This document shows positions 32,701 to 36,368 of a stretch of DNA of 51,707 nt, in pieces. The position numbers were made by a program, and so were the translations under genes. The stretch comes from Elusimicrobiota bacterium (GTDB lineage: Bacteria; CG03; SLGR01; JBDRKX01): NCBI GenBank assembly GCA_043813605.1, contig JBDRKX010000091.1:1-51707 (forward strand), in the 5' to 3' direction. Every line of letters starts with the position of its first letter. Position 1 is the first letter of the stretch. The notes beneath the pieces are model-generated. The model was given only the letters and a program-made list of their open reading frames with translations, searched no databases and had not been told where the DNA came from.

Positions 32701-33155
32701 AGGTTCCCCAATGCTGAATTGTCATAATAATATGATGCGCCATCGCCCTTCCATGCTATTCCGTACTGGGTGTTCTTAGCTAAATTATACGGGGTTGAAA
32801 AATCAAACTCTTCCCAATTGCCTCCTCCTCCATGAGTTAGCTGTCCTGAATCATAGACTTTTGTAGCTCCGTCAGGATTGCCGGCCGCCCCTCCGACATA
32901 CAGCGCCATTCTTAAATTTCCGGCTACATTACTTTTATGACCGAATTTAGTGACCTTCATATTATCCTTATCCGGAGAGGTCATAGCCATGTACCTGCTC
33001 CTGCCTGTGGTAGCGCTGACTGTGCCTGCAGCCTGATACGCTCCGAAATTATAACTGGCATTACAGGTATTCGTAAAATATAACCCTACAACTCCCCAGA
33101 AGACCAGGAAGACTGGTAATTTTATTCTTTTAATAATATATGATTTTTTCTTCAT
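11673..33155 (-). CDS. N-terminal 7160 aa of a giant secreted repeat protein (Ig-like repeats, 2 LamG-like domains, FN3, propeller-like region)
   Basis: Basic/hydrophobic signal peptide; dozens of FY(I/V)KKDT..P.ITDNQ.GD.TWR..YNVDF.D..DW..NYVSVR..D.AG repeats; LamG motifs FTVEAWVK..WYHIV..IDEIRILDRALTADEV (~28490-29100 and ~21210-21850). Confidence 0.9.
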   Translation of the reverse strand: MKKKSYIIKRIKLPVFLVFWGVVGLYFTNTCNASYNFGAYQAAGTVSATTGRSRYMAMTSPDKDNMKVTKFGHKSNVAGNLRMALYVGGAAGNPDGATKVYDSGQLTHGGGGNWEEFDFSTPYNLAKNTQYGIAWKGDGASYYYDNSALGNLEDCDQYWDNLLNEPADSSTAFLGTLNVDATYAYTYLHYLVYVLYPTIDSISDDTIAPSQMDVQINGTGFEMDNEFGNNASKLYIGDADTYAGCTTTVEQSVITWSNTQITFTVNKGGLSFGANYVYVMNDDSEVNTNGFAVTLVDETPPLPPKETKRIKTVEYSFGGYYSNTDVGAGSAWIPAPITVYLPEDAKVIKSAFLEYSYWIANLDVTSLVVRFDQGTSAATARYSATGALSYDTGEHRRGHVLADVTSVIHSTATQQYAASVTVGGTATNMSTLKLYVTYEYDANSATQVKTVRFPIYSASNIAARTSEAAEGAAWQTYAFTYDADIAEAGITQRQQWFEVRGVRRYGSANHTGRMQVNINGGTASSAMYFDSSDETSYDVFFLSNANPSHAMYGNFQTNTSQTLNVQICNEDNSVDPAQLVLCGEAVLTYEYSISVPTKTKTVRYFLGQAGTADGNYTFTKNIYLNELGIDIKRIYAQIYGSYNNSGSGNIAIDSRVGATQEMPQRSYGLYAETFNTSGFSFLHDMTEEAGDWSNGEEVRLKIGSLSSLGGCGVELIITYDYTGENQYTDFYQSYAGQSSARVATGNTDNHNFDVSFPVSTPAGVKDLRNAWLLAKFEQSQDAGSTSANPSTTIGINSSNSQPVAHRTQTETHAGYVLYGNQGQISLETTSATANYSISADGASFCGKSHIIYERTPPPNEPYSLTQYKSDQVTELMAGQWTHETTAIFVMSSSSPLTTDSLTAEIEIQPVGTDFTDTANYIDDESLSYSGTPVVSTITVVGLTSGTTYHWQARVKGAGDYSNWISFGSNQEANMDFGVDQIDPYTANNMSGGDNNWRKENAGVIYDVDFFDDHSGLDYAQYHVNDSPGGTGDWMIDWTGIPGVSGKAFTGEWAVDFDSLVSGYGYVSVRVYDNVGKEAVLNDAFYIKKDTIPPVIDNDNMAGGDNNWRKSDPAAIYNVDFSDDLSLLHTAQYTVYADTGMRGDIVIDWIDIFTSSNVPSYTEDFGIDFDALNSTYNYVSIRCWDMAGSTRTLVDAFYVKKDTIPPLVPDTVLPADNAALNYSTVSFNWSDSADSVSGLENYELEVDNNIDFLSPAYSTVTAMNQSTGTSLSDGKYYFRVRAKDIAGNYSGWSSTRSIVVDTADPVFQGDFASKRQDSVWVSESEWNDNSLPDTRIKAQDTGSGLMAERAEYTYDNDTVLLMHFDEGSGLPEDESIYGNNAVYNDASWSTDTAPIYGSEYALDFNGSHYVNCGQDTSFDFDYFTVEAWVKFDDNTGNRVIASMDDGANRRWALYLLNGNTLRFFVFSGDTWVSPDYSWTPDTGTWYHIVGTKDDYVRTYINGQEAGTGQYQAGVTDKDNIDLMIGVGSYPGYFDGIIDEIRILDRALTADEVEADYSSGHAEYSTDGGNSWTKQLFETSGQNGTTGIQTSTAATVPLKESAGQNKVKFFIGDMAGNIAESGVFTVKVDSTPPTRPLLVSPQDESVTNSSLISFNWNDSVDGISGISSYTIEVSTSADLLPVFYSSVTAVSQISKSFNSDKYFWRVTSEDAAGNYSIYSVTHSFIIDLSSPSILNYQSGDGTWRITNNGEYNIDFSDNDKLDYFQVKADTGGPDLISWTTVITDIDSTTYDTDWQLPVNVFNSLLNGPTNQISIRVYDQAGGCTELPNAFYVKKDTIPPLITDLQSGNTTWMCINNGVYDIDYSDEESLLDYIQYRIVSGTGGLIADWYTYTSGISSGSYTNDFQLPGSHFQLLTSSYNYVSVRAFDVAGCSTTLENVFYIKKDTVPPVINDDQEGDDTWENSAGTVYDVNFEDKLSHIDYIQYRVYDSTEGDNPLTDWIDIVSQGYNQDSYDQDWQVSFDNCQEGFNYIWIRSFDIAGSSTTLANAFYIKKDGTDPQITDGQLGDDTWRKAAGAGYNVDFKDLNHSLLSSAEYKVTKGLGQTGGIVIDWTYIFSSTSIAEYTGDWEVIFSSLAKGYNYVSVRCADNAGNTDSLNDVFYVLKDTTTPEITDNQDGDQTWRSQNNGVYNIDYSDTGGSKLSYVQYQVRSGTGAVIIPWYTYASGINQNSYTADFSLSAAHFALLTSSYNYVSVTAFDAAGSSETLENVFYIKKDTAAPLITDGQAGDGTWRISDPGAVYNIDFSDGLSLLDYAQYTVYSGPGKTGNILKNWTNIFTALESSDYNDNWAVDFNYLVERSTNWVSVRVCDNAGGIEEKTDAFYVLKDTTSAGITDNQTGDFSWRGSSGNAYDVDFYDFRSGLLKAEYTVWTGPNRSGSKKLDWTLIFDTNTFQGSSYDTDWDVDFNSLLEGGTNWVSVKVYDIAGNNYALQNDVFYVKKDITDPWITDNQTGYSVELSSDPGKIFDVDFYDNIELEKAEYVIYSTTNFQGSVIKEWTPLFLDPGTTYYNQNWGVDFGACYPGKNYVSVRVFDMAGSSDVLKDVFYVKKAAAPIVKDNQAGDNTWRITNPGAIYDVDFSSSGYSLLSYFEICAYPQLNRQGALISTWTTVVSGINAPEYIDEWAIPGTSWDDLIQGKNHISVQVWDQAGKESSPMDVFYILKDTAAPVITDGQNGDSTWRNSNNGVYDVDFADVTSKLKKIEYRICSSPDGADEIVSWSIIADTVNANSYNENWQIESTHFNALLEGTSNWVSVRCQDNAGLTKATTDVFYILKDTTSPVATYVQPGTSTWRRDNSFLYNVDFTDPGGSRLDYFEVKACSASAQTGTLSDWTVSTSNINSNSYTTDWALPSGVFVSLLDETTNYISVRVRDIAGNISGIYEDVFTVKKDTSGPVIDNKEAGGDNNWVRYAGTPYDVDFYDNGSGLDYIQYKAEDSSGTLLIDWTNIDQGLGTNSYTTDWQVQFSSLSCGYNYISVRAFDNAGSSETYTNVFFIKKDTETPSVIKNQSGDDIWRSRSGTFYDVDFKDDKSLLNYIQYSIYSSTGRQDTMLKDWTYIASGINTESYTPDWQIDFSACRNGYNYVSVRVNDNLLNNTTGNDVFYLKKDILSPSIFDNQMGDDTWRKTNTGTYNIDFSDSGGSLLDRLQYKICSSTGQEDTVVNWYSYQAGVSSDSYTNDFQISTAHFSQLPEGKSYVSIKAIDTAGNEKVRGDVFYIKKDTTPPVITDQQSGDTAWRSLPGTVYNVDFSDSGQSLLSYAQYKIEDPSDNVLVNWYTFASDISSSSYTADWSVDTGWQNMVTGYNYVSVRVFDHAGNSVSSEDVFYVKKDTAGPQIQDNQEGDDEWKNAGGTIYDIDFSDNISMLDAAYYTVYASTGRKAGTMVKDWTEIFMSLNQPSYTDDWDIDFDSINEGINYVSVKAVNFGSAQTIVEDVFYVRKDTASPTVDNQETGGDSTWRSASGTVYDVNFTDTGSLLSLLQYTVYSSTGMEGDLIKSWTTVANNISSSTYDTDWQVNFASLRAGTSNYVSLRIQDFAGNTTQVTDAFYIAKDTVPPNITGNQAGDDTWRGSESGAYDVDFDGIGLSKLDKFETKVYAGPGQTGQLLDDYRTVESGIGAYVYTSDWRLEKETWDMLPAGTSYVTVKVSDLAGNTSSWIDIFHVKKDAASPVSENFETKRADETWVDETSWNDNVSPDARIETQDIASGLRIGRSELALSSGTVFLMHLDNNTTDYSRWENHGTRQGQTDWINTGTWKSTGGNEDILDFDGTNDWVDIDDNPSLDGMTELTIEAWVKDTGNDELPRGIVCKRAGVSSEYCYALFLYTGRNIYFDTAGSSDRDSSIFSLPANEWHHIAVTFNGNAVSESERKKIYYDGELDSAHSSSNASIPDEDSKLRIGILNADYGNSWEGQVDEVRILDRALTAEEIAADYNSGCIKYTTDGGNSWTIEPSVSVTETSGLNGTADIQISTATSVPLKESDSQSKVKFIISDMVGNISESGAYTVKIDSTSPTQVNLLSPADDSNINTTTVDFDWNDVTEQTSGLECYELLVSTLSDFSVLTSSSLPVSSGDNVSLAEDSFWWKARAKDNAGNYGLFSSTRYFIVDVTTPAITDNQDGDEVWRTVSGSTYNVDFTDTGGSLLDYIKYTVWTGQNQTGEQRKVWSDVTEVTGSSYTDDWQLDFVSLKGGKNYVSVRCADKSGNFNSENDIFYVLKDTAPPVITDAQAGDTVWRNANDGTYDVSYYDSGGSFLDHAQYQIESATGAVVIPWYTYASAINASSYDTDLAIENSHFEALTSSCSYVSVRVYDNAGSSDTVADAFYIKRDTIPPAAITDFSGSPGTEGKISLTWTVTGDDGYSDYLEEALYELRYTQDDMDTWDTADYSIQIPTDTSAGGKEGYTITGLTASATYYIWIKIRDKAMSWSPISNSTSTTAGADVTAPGQIDDLYVEEGSYPGQIELIWTAPGDNGTIGNAAGYELKYATFEITGANYDSCDSWDTSSWIPLDPESTENKVLADLDHTKTYWFAIKAYDEAPNYAVMSNTASAIPGQPGAADGIMVYGKGGTSNPQYRTFNSGSFGTETPVPGTFAGNIRWVILRSCNIMRDEKILGVLSDNGTLYISRWNGTSWSEEFNVTDIGAANSVYRGFDIAYEQNSGRCVVAWSKGTSTDEIGYKVWTSTAWLNEQTIDLNTSDVVYWVKMVPGPGTDNIMMTTLDASNDVFSVRWTGGTWQNGRINTASSPINTEECFDMAWETQSGKCLVVWAEGTQTKYDIFYSTSSTWHGDGPFNGPQVGAAANVRWIRLASDPTSDRIGFASLDSGSDWNVCMWDNGWGSLPAEDGGMELFSGRCIDIGWERNTGRCVALGVRGGRLTFNQAEWISSGGWNPDPANSTQIWGDLAGRRWDDDLAFIQLVPDPNTDKMSLIGISIDADLRSANRTGTGGQDGWQNSFPEHCDPVPDWPDNTNQRYQPVMLSLDLYDPDPPTISDNQSGDDIWRKDNTATYNVDFNDTGGSKLSRSQTKVCASESQKDILDDWRDVVTGINNNEYTTDWNLAAQTWNSMQQGFNYVSIKAFDGTGNSAEETDAFYVKKDTGLPTIGDNQAGDNNWYKEDPGNIFNVDFSDSISKLDKAQYVVYFSTNMEGAQILDWQTIFDLPGPANYINEWGVKFSSLTTGKNHISARVYDNAGNYKLEKDIFYVNKDTVPPLITDLQDGDTIWQKISGKVYNVDFQDYHSLLDDAQYCVSSSSDNITGDILSWSFVFIDKSSTSYEADWSIDFDSLKESATNWVSVRCFDVAQNTGTLANAFYVLKDTTPPVITDNQTGDETWRTSGGTVYNVDFEDTRSRLKNGWYKVYKGTWTGSEAVMDWTGIFNNLNTSAYNSDWQVNFSSLSAGYNYVWVKTQDYAGNAAESDTYLFYIKKSTNFPVVTGNQAGDDKYRRINNGYYDVDFNWGGIANLDYFMTRVTTGANHTGILVDDWRTVVSNINSSAYNTNWQIKNETWNLLKPGKNYVSAAVYDAAGVSDTIVTAFYILKDTSAPVISNNEAAGDINWRTSSGTEYDIDFEDTLSGLDTAQYRVKSSTGGIIIDWQDIFSSTNVTVYSEDFEVDFNTLKAGVNYVDIRSWDNAGSTNTVTGAFYIKKDTSPPQVIDNQAGDNVYRDNDPGNIYNIDFRDTASKLDKAQYTICDSTDMGGNVLVNWTDIFSGLNQQEYTSNWAVAFSSLTQGYNYVSVRVYDYAGHVSTGTDVFYIRKDTAAPSISNHVSGDDTWRSNSITYNVDFSDHGSLLYEAQYKVCASSGQAGDILKNWTSIFTGLNQEEYTTNWSVNFTSLNEGKNYLSLKVKDNAFNETVLTDAFYILKDTTSPTVTDTQAGDDNWMNASGTVYDVDFHDTSSGGGLSYARYQVKTGTGGIVIDWTDITGVSGYDWTTDWQINFAECNEGVNYVFVKAADLAGNTTNFGQAFYLKKDSIYPEVTNNETGGDGTWRNSSRSYDVDFYDATSNLKDGWYKVISSTGSTVIDWTYIFQSTDVTQYTQDWNVAWDNLQQGFNYVRVRVKDYADNQYQEDDIFFIKKDTTPPAIDDQQAGDDTWRSSNDGYYDVNFTDSGGSLLDRFQIKVTTGQDYSGILISDWADVVTDISSNTYDTDWQIPETIFNDMQPGVNYVHIKVFDVASSSAVQANAFYVKKDTSLPKVTLNFSGDDTWQPEAGTHYDVDFDDYESKLSTGYYRLKTSAGGIIKDWTVIFSSPGISSFDNDWEVDFASLKEGTNYVDVKVYDGIGNFKQELNLFYIKKDTTAPVATDNQDGDDTWRNANNASYDIDFNDAASGSGISGIKYKIDTSTGGTIDWYTFINDAGYSYEAEWQISGSHFNLLPGGTNYVSVGVSDYAGSSDTIADAFYIRKDTVTPVITDLQDGDTTWRNAPGTAYNVDFTDSGGSKLKDAQYIVKSSTGMKGNTVIDWTDIFTNLNQNSYTTDWEVDFYHVNPGSHNYVSIRVYDYAGSSDTVFDAFFVSKQGINPQVIDNQTGDDTWYASDPGAIFDVDFMDTGENLDRAYYTLYSSTGMQGSPVKSWTEIFSSLGQAEYTSNWEVDFFSAAEGYNYVSVEVYNVSGASNTVKDVFYLKKDVSKPAIDNSEAGGDNKWRNSSRAYNVDFSDAGSGLNYIQYQVWSQAGQSGTLIKNWTTFASGINNSNYTADWEVNFPVLQQGYNYVTARAYDNLNKTNTFPDIFYIKKDMQSPSIADNQTGDDTWYSSDPGAVYNVDFSDSLSKFTTSYYSVYSSSYITGVPVQDWTLIVSTYTSSYTQNWGVGFNSWPSGLHYVFVKARDSAGNEKIKTDYAFYVKKDTESPTITDNQSGDYAWHSSSGTLYNIDSSDNKSLLDYVQYKVVSGIEETVIDWYSFAADINAEDYNTDFSLTSSQFDQLVSSYNYVNIKAVDKLGNTATIDKAFYIKKDTVPPVIEDNQVEDSAWYSSNPGAVFDIDFKDTLSGVATCWYCIYTSSDMQGTQKKGWTVIAGDIDSDEYTNNWGIAFSACQQGYNYVSVKVNDYAGKVTEEKDVFIVRKDITVPAITDNQAGDENWYGNNPGAIFNLDFSDAGGSLLKRCEYKVHEGDMDRNK
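11693..11697 (-). other. Apparent frameshift site (G5 run on the minus strand) splitting the giant gene
   Basis: CAT GAG GGG GAC ATG GAC CGG AAC AAG TGA; removing one G gives CAT GAG GGG ACA TGG ACC GGA ACA AGT GAG (HEGTWTGTSE), matching an earlier repeat YKVYKGTWTGSE. Confidence 0.85.
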
Positions 33156-33228
33156 CTAAATATTTATTTTTAGGGCATTATACCCGACAATATTTCTATG
33201 ATTCTTTTAATCCTGATTTTTATACTCC

Positions 33229-33242
33229 ATACCATATGGTAT
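33229..33242. promoter_or_regulatory. Perfect 14-bp palindrome ATACCATATGGTAT upstream of the giant gene, possible operator
   Basis: The palindrome is directly visible. It lies in a 20-bp spacer between TTGTAT (33245-33250) and TATAAA (33219-33224) on the minus strand; the function is inferred. Confidence 0.35.
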
Positions 33243-33254
33243 TTATACAATTTC

Positions 33255-33491
33255 TTATCCTACTAACATCTTCTCCCTTAAATCCCTGAGCGTGATTTTT
33301 GACTCCACTATTGCCTTGATTTCCTGTATTTTCGCGACACATTCGTATTCTTCGAATAACCTGTAGCCGCCCGCAGAATACTCGGAAGGCTCGATCAGTC
33401 CCATCTGACAATAGTAGTGTATTGTCGAACGCGGGACCCCGGCTTTTTTTGCCAGTTCTCCGATTTTGCACAATCCGCTGAATTTATCCAT
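33255..33491 (-). CDS. MerR-family HTH transcriptional regulator (DNA-binding domain only)
   Basis: KIGELAKKAGVPRSTIHYYCQMGLIEP...GGYRLF; AGGAGA RBS. Confidence 0.9.
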   Translation of the reverse strand: MDKFSGLCKIGELAKKAGVPRSTIHYYCQMGLIEPSEYSAGGYRLFEEYECVAKIQEIKAIVESKITLRDLREKMLVG

Positions 33492-33548
33492 AACTATCTC
33501 CTTTTTATATTATTCCGACTATACCAGTTAAATATAAACCGTGAAGTT

Positions 33549-33926
33549 TCACTTCATGGTTTGATGAAAAAAATTTTCCCCGTTTATGAATATGAGCCTT
33601 TTTACAGCCCTCGTGATTTCAAATATTTTCCTAGCGAGTATATTCAACATTATTCCGGTTATACCGGCAGGAAAAGAGTTTCTGACAAGCCCGACAATGC
33701 TGTTTTCTTCTACCCAGTGGCCGCGCGGTATACCCGAATCCCCTCTTAAATAGTATAATCGGCCGCTTTTTTTTATAAGCCTGTGTATATATGTGGTTTC
33801 ACCCAGTCGGTAGGCAAGGATATCGCCGGGATTGTATTCGGAATATTCCGAAACCAGGGCTGTATCTCCTGTTTTCATGAGAGGCCTCATACTGCCTCCT
33901 TTAAGTTTTAAGGCATTCAGCTTCAT
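33549..33926 (-). CDS. S24/S26-family (signal-peptidase-like) peptidase
   Basis: GGSMRPLMKTGD (catalytic Ser), PGDILAY, IHRL (His type), RGD. Confidence 0.85.
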   Translation of the reverse strand: MKLNALKLKGGSMRPLMKTGDTALVSEYSEYNPGDILAYRLGETTYIHRLIKKSGRLYYLRGDSGIPRGHWVEENSIVGLVRNSFPAGITGIMLNILARKIFEITRAVKRLIFINGENFFHQTMK

Positions 33927-33970
33927 AAATCACCTGGCTCTTTCTTATTATGAACTTGTCAATTCGCAGT

Positions 33971-34111
33971 TCAGGATCTTTGAGGGACTATGCCGCAGTT
34001 CGCATCAAAAAACGGCAGTCCGGATGTGCACTTTCCGCATGAAAGCGCAGCAGTCTCAATGATCTTCTCGGACCTGATCTCCGGTTTGACATATTTTTTC
34101 TTTTTATTCAT
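33971..34111 (-). CDS. Putative RiPP precursor, 46 aa: MNKKKKYVKPEIRSEKIIETAALSCGKCTSGLPFFDANCGIVPQRS
   Basis: Translated by hand, not in the ORF track. AGGA RBS, own promoter, YxxP-x-I leader, three Cys in the C-terminal half, located between rSAM/SPASM and peptidase. Confidence 0.85.
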   Translation of the reverse strand: MNKKKKYVKPEIRSEKIIETAALSCGKCTSGLPFFDANCGIVPQRS

Positions 34112-34128
34112 ATTTGTCCTGCATTATA

Positions 34129-34157
34129 ATTCTAACTGTAAAATCTGCTGTTTTCAA
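34129..34157 (-). promoter_or_regulatory. Sigma70-type promoter for the precursor peptide
   Basis: TTGAAA-17 nt-TAGAAT, followed by an additional TATAAT. Confidence 0.55.
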
Positions 34158-34188
34158 TGACTTAAGTCACATTTATGCTATTATCGTA

Positions 34189-35175
34189 TCAGCGTCTTCC
34201 TTCTATGATTTTGCGGACATTATCTGCCATTTGACAGAAGATATCCCTGCCCTCTATTCCGGCTACACCCGGACATACTCCGCAGAACTGAAGGTTTTCA
34301 CAGCCGGAACAGTCACTGATAACATCATAACATGGATCCATTCTGCCCCATATAGCAGCGAATTCCTCCTGTCTTATATTACCGGCGCTTTTTCTCCAGA
34401 CGATACAGGGAAAGACATCCCCCCCGGCATCCAACGCTGCCGTATTCATGCCGGCCGGACACTCTAGAAGAGTGCGGGGCCTGAAATTCCCGGGATCAAA
34501 CAGGCTTTTTTCTGCCACTAATTCATTAATAGCGCCGACAGGTATCCTGTGCCGTGTTATCTCTACAGCATTATTTGCGTCGCACGGAGAGATAAACGGG
34601 TCAATTTTAATCCTGTATCCTTCAGATTCCGCCCAGTTTTTCAGTTCTTCCAGGCCTCGCAGATTTTCTTTCATCACCGGGGTTTTGAGGAGCACATTCA
34701 CGCCCTTGTTACGCAAAAGAGCGGCAGCTTTTATTGTTTTTTCGAACGCGCCTTTTTTCCGCACAATACCATCATGAATATCTTTCCGGGCAGAATATAC
34801 GGATAACTGAACGGAAAACGGCACGATATCCGCGATCATTTCAGCTGTCTTGTCATCAATAAGCGTGCCGTTCGTAAATATTATTACAGAAAAACCCAGG
34901 TTCTTTGCCGTATTCAGCAATCTACCTATATCTTCGCGCAAAAACGGCTCTCCGCCGGTAAACACCAGGAACATGGTACCGGTTTCTTTCAAAGACTCCA
35001 GCAGTGTTTCTATTTCAGAAGTTTTCAGCTCTTCTCTGATCCGGACGGATGCGCTGGAATGATAACAGTGAACACAATCGAGGTTACATCTGTGTGTAAC
35101 TTCAAAGTTTACGATCAGCGGTATTTTCTTCCGGCGGGATACTTCGAAAAGTTTTTCGCTAATGCTTGTTTTCAA
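34189..35175 (-). CDS. Radical SAM/SPASM peptide maturase
   Basis: CNLDCVHC; TGGEPFLR; SPASM cysteines CPAG..GDVFPC..CSGCENLQFCGVC..C. Confidence 0.9.
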   Translation of the reverse strand: MKTSISEKLFEVSRRKKIPLIVNFEVTHRCNLDCVHCYHSSASVRIREELKTSEIETLLESLKETGTMFLVFTGGEPFLREDIGRLLNTAKNLGFSVIIFTNGTLIDDKTAEMIADIVPFSVQLSVYSARKDIHDGIVRKKGAFEKTIKAAALLRNKGVNVLLKTPVMKENLRGLEELKNWAESEGYRIKIDPFISPCDANNAVEITRHRIPVGAINELVAEKSLFDPGNFRPRTLLECPAGMNTAALDAGGDVFPCIVWRKSAGNIRQEEFAAIWGRMDPCYDVISDCSGCENLQFCGVCPGVAGIEGRDIFCQMADNVRKIIEGRR

Positions 35176-35461
35176 CAGTAACCAGTATTCCTTTCTCTAT
35201 CAACCCGGTCATAAAACCCTGCAGGTCTTTTTCAGCATTTTCTTCTGATATATCGTATTCGTCTGACAACGCTTTCAATATCCCGCTGTATCCCGAACCG
35301 GCAGCGATCTTTGTATATATATACGTCCCTGTTTCATTAAAAGAATGGAGTATCTGCTGTCGGGAATCTACGGCATAATAGCTGCCGTCTACAAGGCGGG
35401 CCGCTATATCCCGGTTTAACCTGTATGTACTGTTTTTAAAATCAATGCCGGCCGGCATCAT
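35159..35461 (-). CDS. PqqD-family protein (RiPP recognition element)
   Basis: 100 aa; FNETGTYIY..LSDEYDISEENAEKDLQGFMTGLIEKGIL pattern; overlaps the rSAM start. Confidence 0.85.
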   Translation of the reverse strand: MMPAGIDFKNSTYRLNRDIAARLVDGSYYAVDSRQQILHSFNETGTYIYTKIAAGSGYSGILKALSDEYDISEENAEKDLQGFMTGLIEKGILVTVENKH

Positions 35462-36348
35462 ATTACTCTTTTGAGATGTTCCTTCAGCGCCCCGTAGCCC
35501 GGGATCCCGGATGCCAGGTCTTCGGAATACTCCATCAATCTTTCATGTGAATCCTTATCGGAAAAAAAATAGAGCGTATTTTTCAATATACCCCGCATAA
35601 GCTCGGTTTTGCCAAGCTTTCCTTCCGGCATACTGAGTAGATAAAGTCTTTCCAGTTTTTCATTTCTTTTCATCACCCTGCCTTCAAACTCCCCGGTAAA
35701 CGGCGTGGAATATATATACCAGCCGCCTTTTTCTTTTTTTAACGCGATTATATCATCCCCGAGCATATCGTCTCTGTCCCGTACAGAAGTGGTCTTACCG
35801 CTGCCCGCGGGCCCGGTATAGACATCTCCTTCTATACCGGCAGCATGGATCAGTATTCCGCCCTTTGCAACGAGAAGCCTGGAACAGATTATCCTGAAAA
35901 GAGAATCAAGAATATGTATGTCCGGGAAAATAGAACCGCATGTGGAACTGTCCGAATGCTCGACATCTATGCCGCGCCCGGTAATATTCCACCCTGTTCG
36001 GGTTTCTTTGGTGCTTATACTGCCGGAATACCCGCTGCCTGCCTCCAGTTTGAGCCGCACAGGGTGATAATCAGAACCAAAGCTGTCTACGGTAAACCTG
36101 CTGTATCTTATTTTTAGAGCGGCAGCAAAATCCTCGTCTGCAGACTCGATCGCGACTTTGAGCCTTAGAACACTGATATCAAGATTTATTTCTATGCTTA
36201 TTTTTCGTATACCTGAACTAACGCTATTGAGAACAGTATCATTATCACGGCGAACCCCGCCCAAGCCCGCGATTCCATTACTATCGGAGTTAGCATTAAT
36301 TTCGATATACCGCCTATAACAGCGCCGGTTATACCGGCCCATACACAT
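35458..36348 (-). CDS. HPr-kinase-like P-loop protein (true start uncertain, probably downstream of 36348)
   Basis: LIHAAGI..GPAGSGKTT..LGDD..STPFTGE; the first ~45 aa overlap a more plausible small ORF. Confidence 0.75.
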   Translation of the reverse strand: MCMGRYNRRCYRRYIEINANSDSNGIAGLGGVRRDNDTVLNSVSSGIRKISIEINLDISVLRLKVAIESADEDFAAALKIRYSRFTVDSFGSDYHPVRLKLEAGSGYSGSISTKETRTGWNITGRGIDVEHSDSSTCGSIFPDIHILDSLFRIICSRLLVAKGGILIHAAGIEGDVYTGPAGSGKTTSVRDRDDMLGDDIIALKKEKGGWYIYSTPFTGEFEGRVMKRNEKLERLYLLSMPEGKLGKTELMRGILKNTLYFFSDKDSHERLMEYSEDLASGIPGYGALKEHLKRVI

Positions 36349-36368
36349 ACTTTGGCAATTTTCTTCAT
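36198..36368 (-). CDS. Small membrane protein, 56 aa: MKKIAKVCVWAGITGAVIGGISKLMLTPIVMESRAWAGFAVIMILFSIALVQVYEK
   Basis: Translated by hand; ATGA overlap with the stop of the WecA-like gene; two hydrophobic segments. Confidence 0.7.
   Translation of the reverse strand: MKKIAKVCVWAGITGAVIGGISKLMLTPIVMESRAWAGFAVIMILFSIALVQVYEK

Noticed and set aside
33549..36348. Lasso peptide or PQQ biosynthesis cluster
   Set aside because: No asparagine-synthetase-like cyclase, B2 protease or PqqB/C; the precursor lacks the PqqA ExxxY motif
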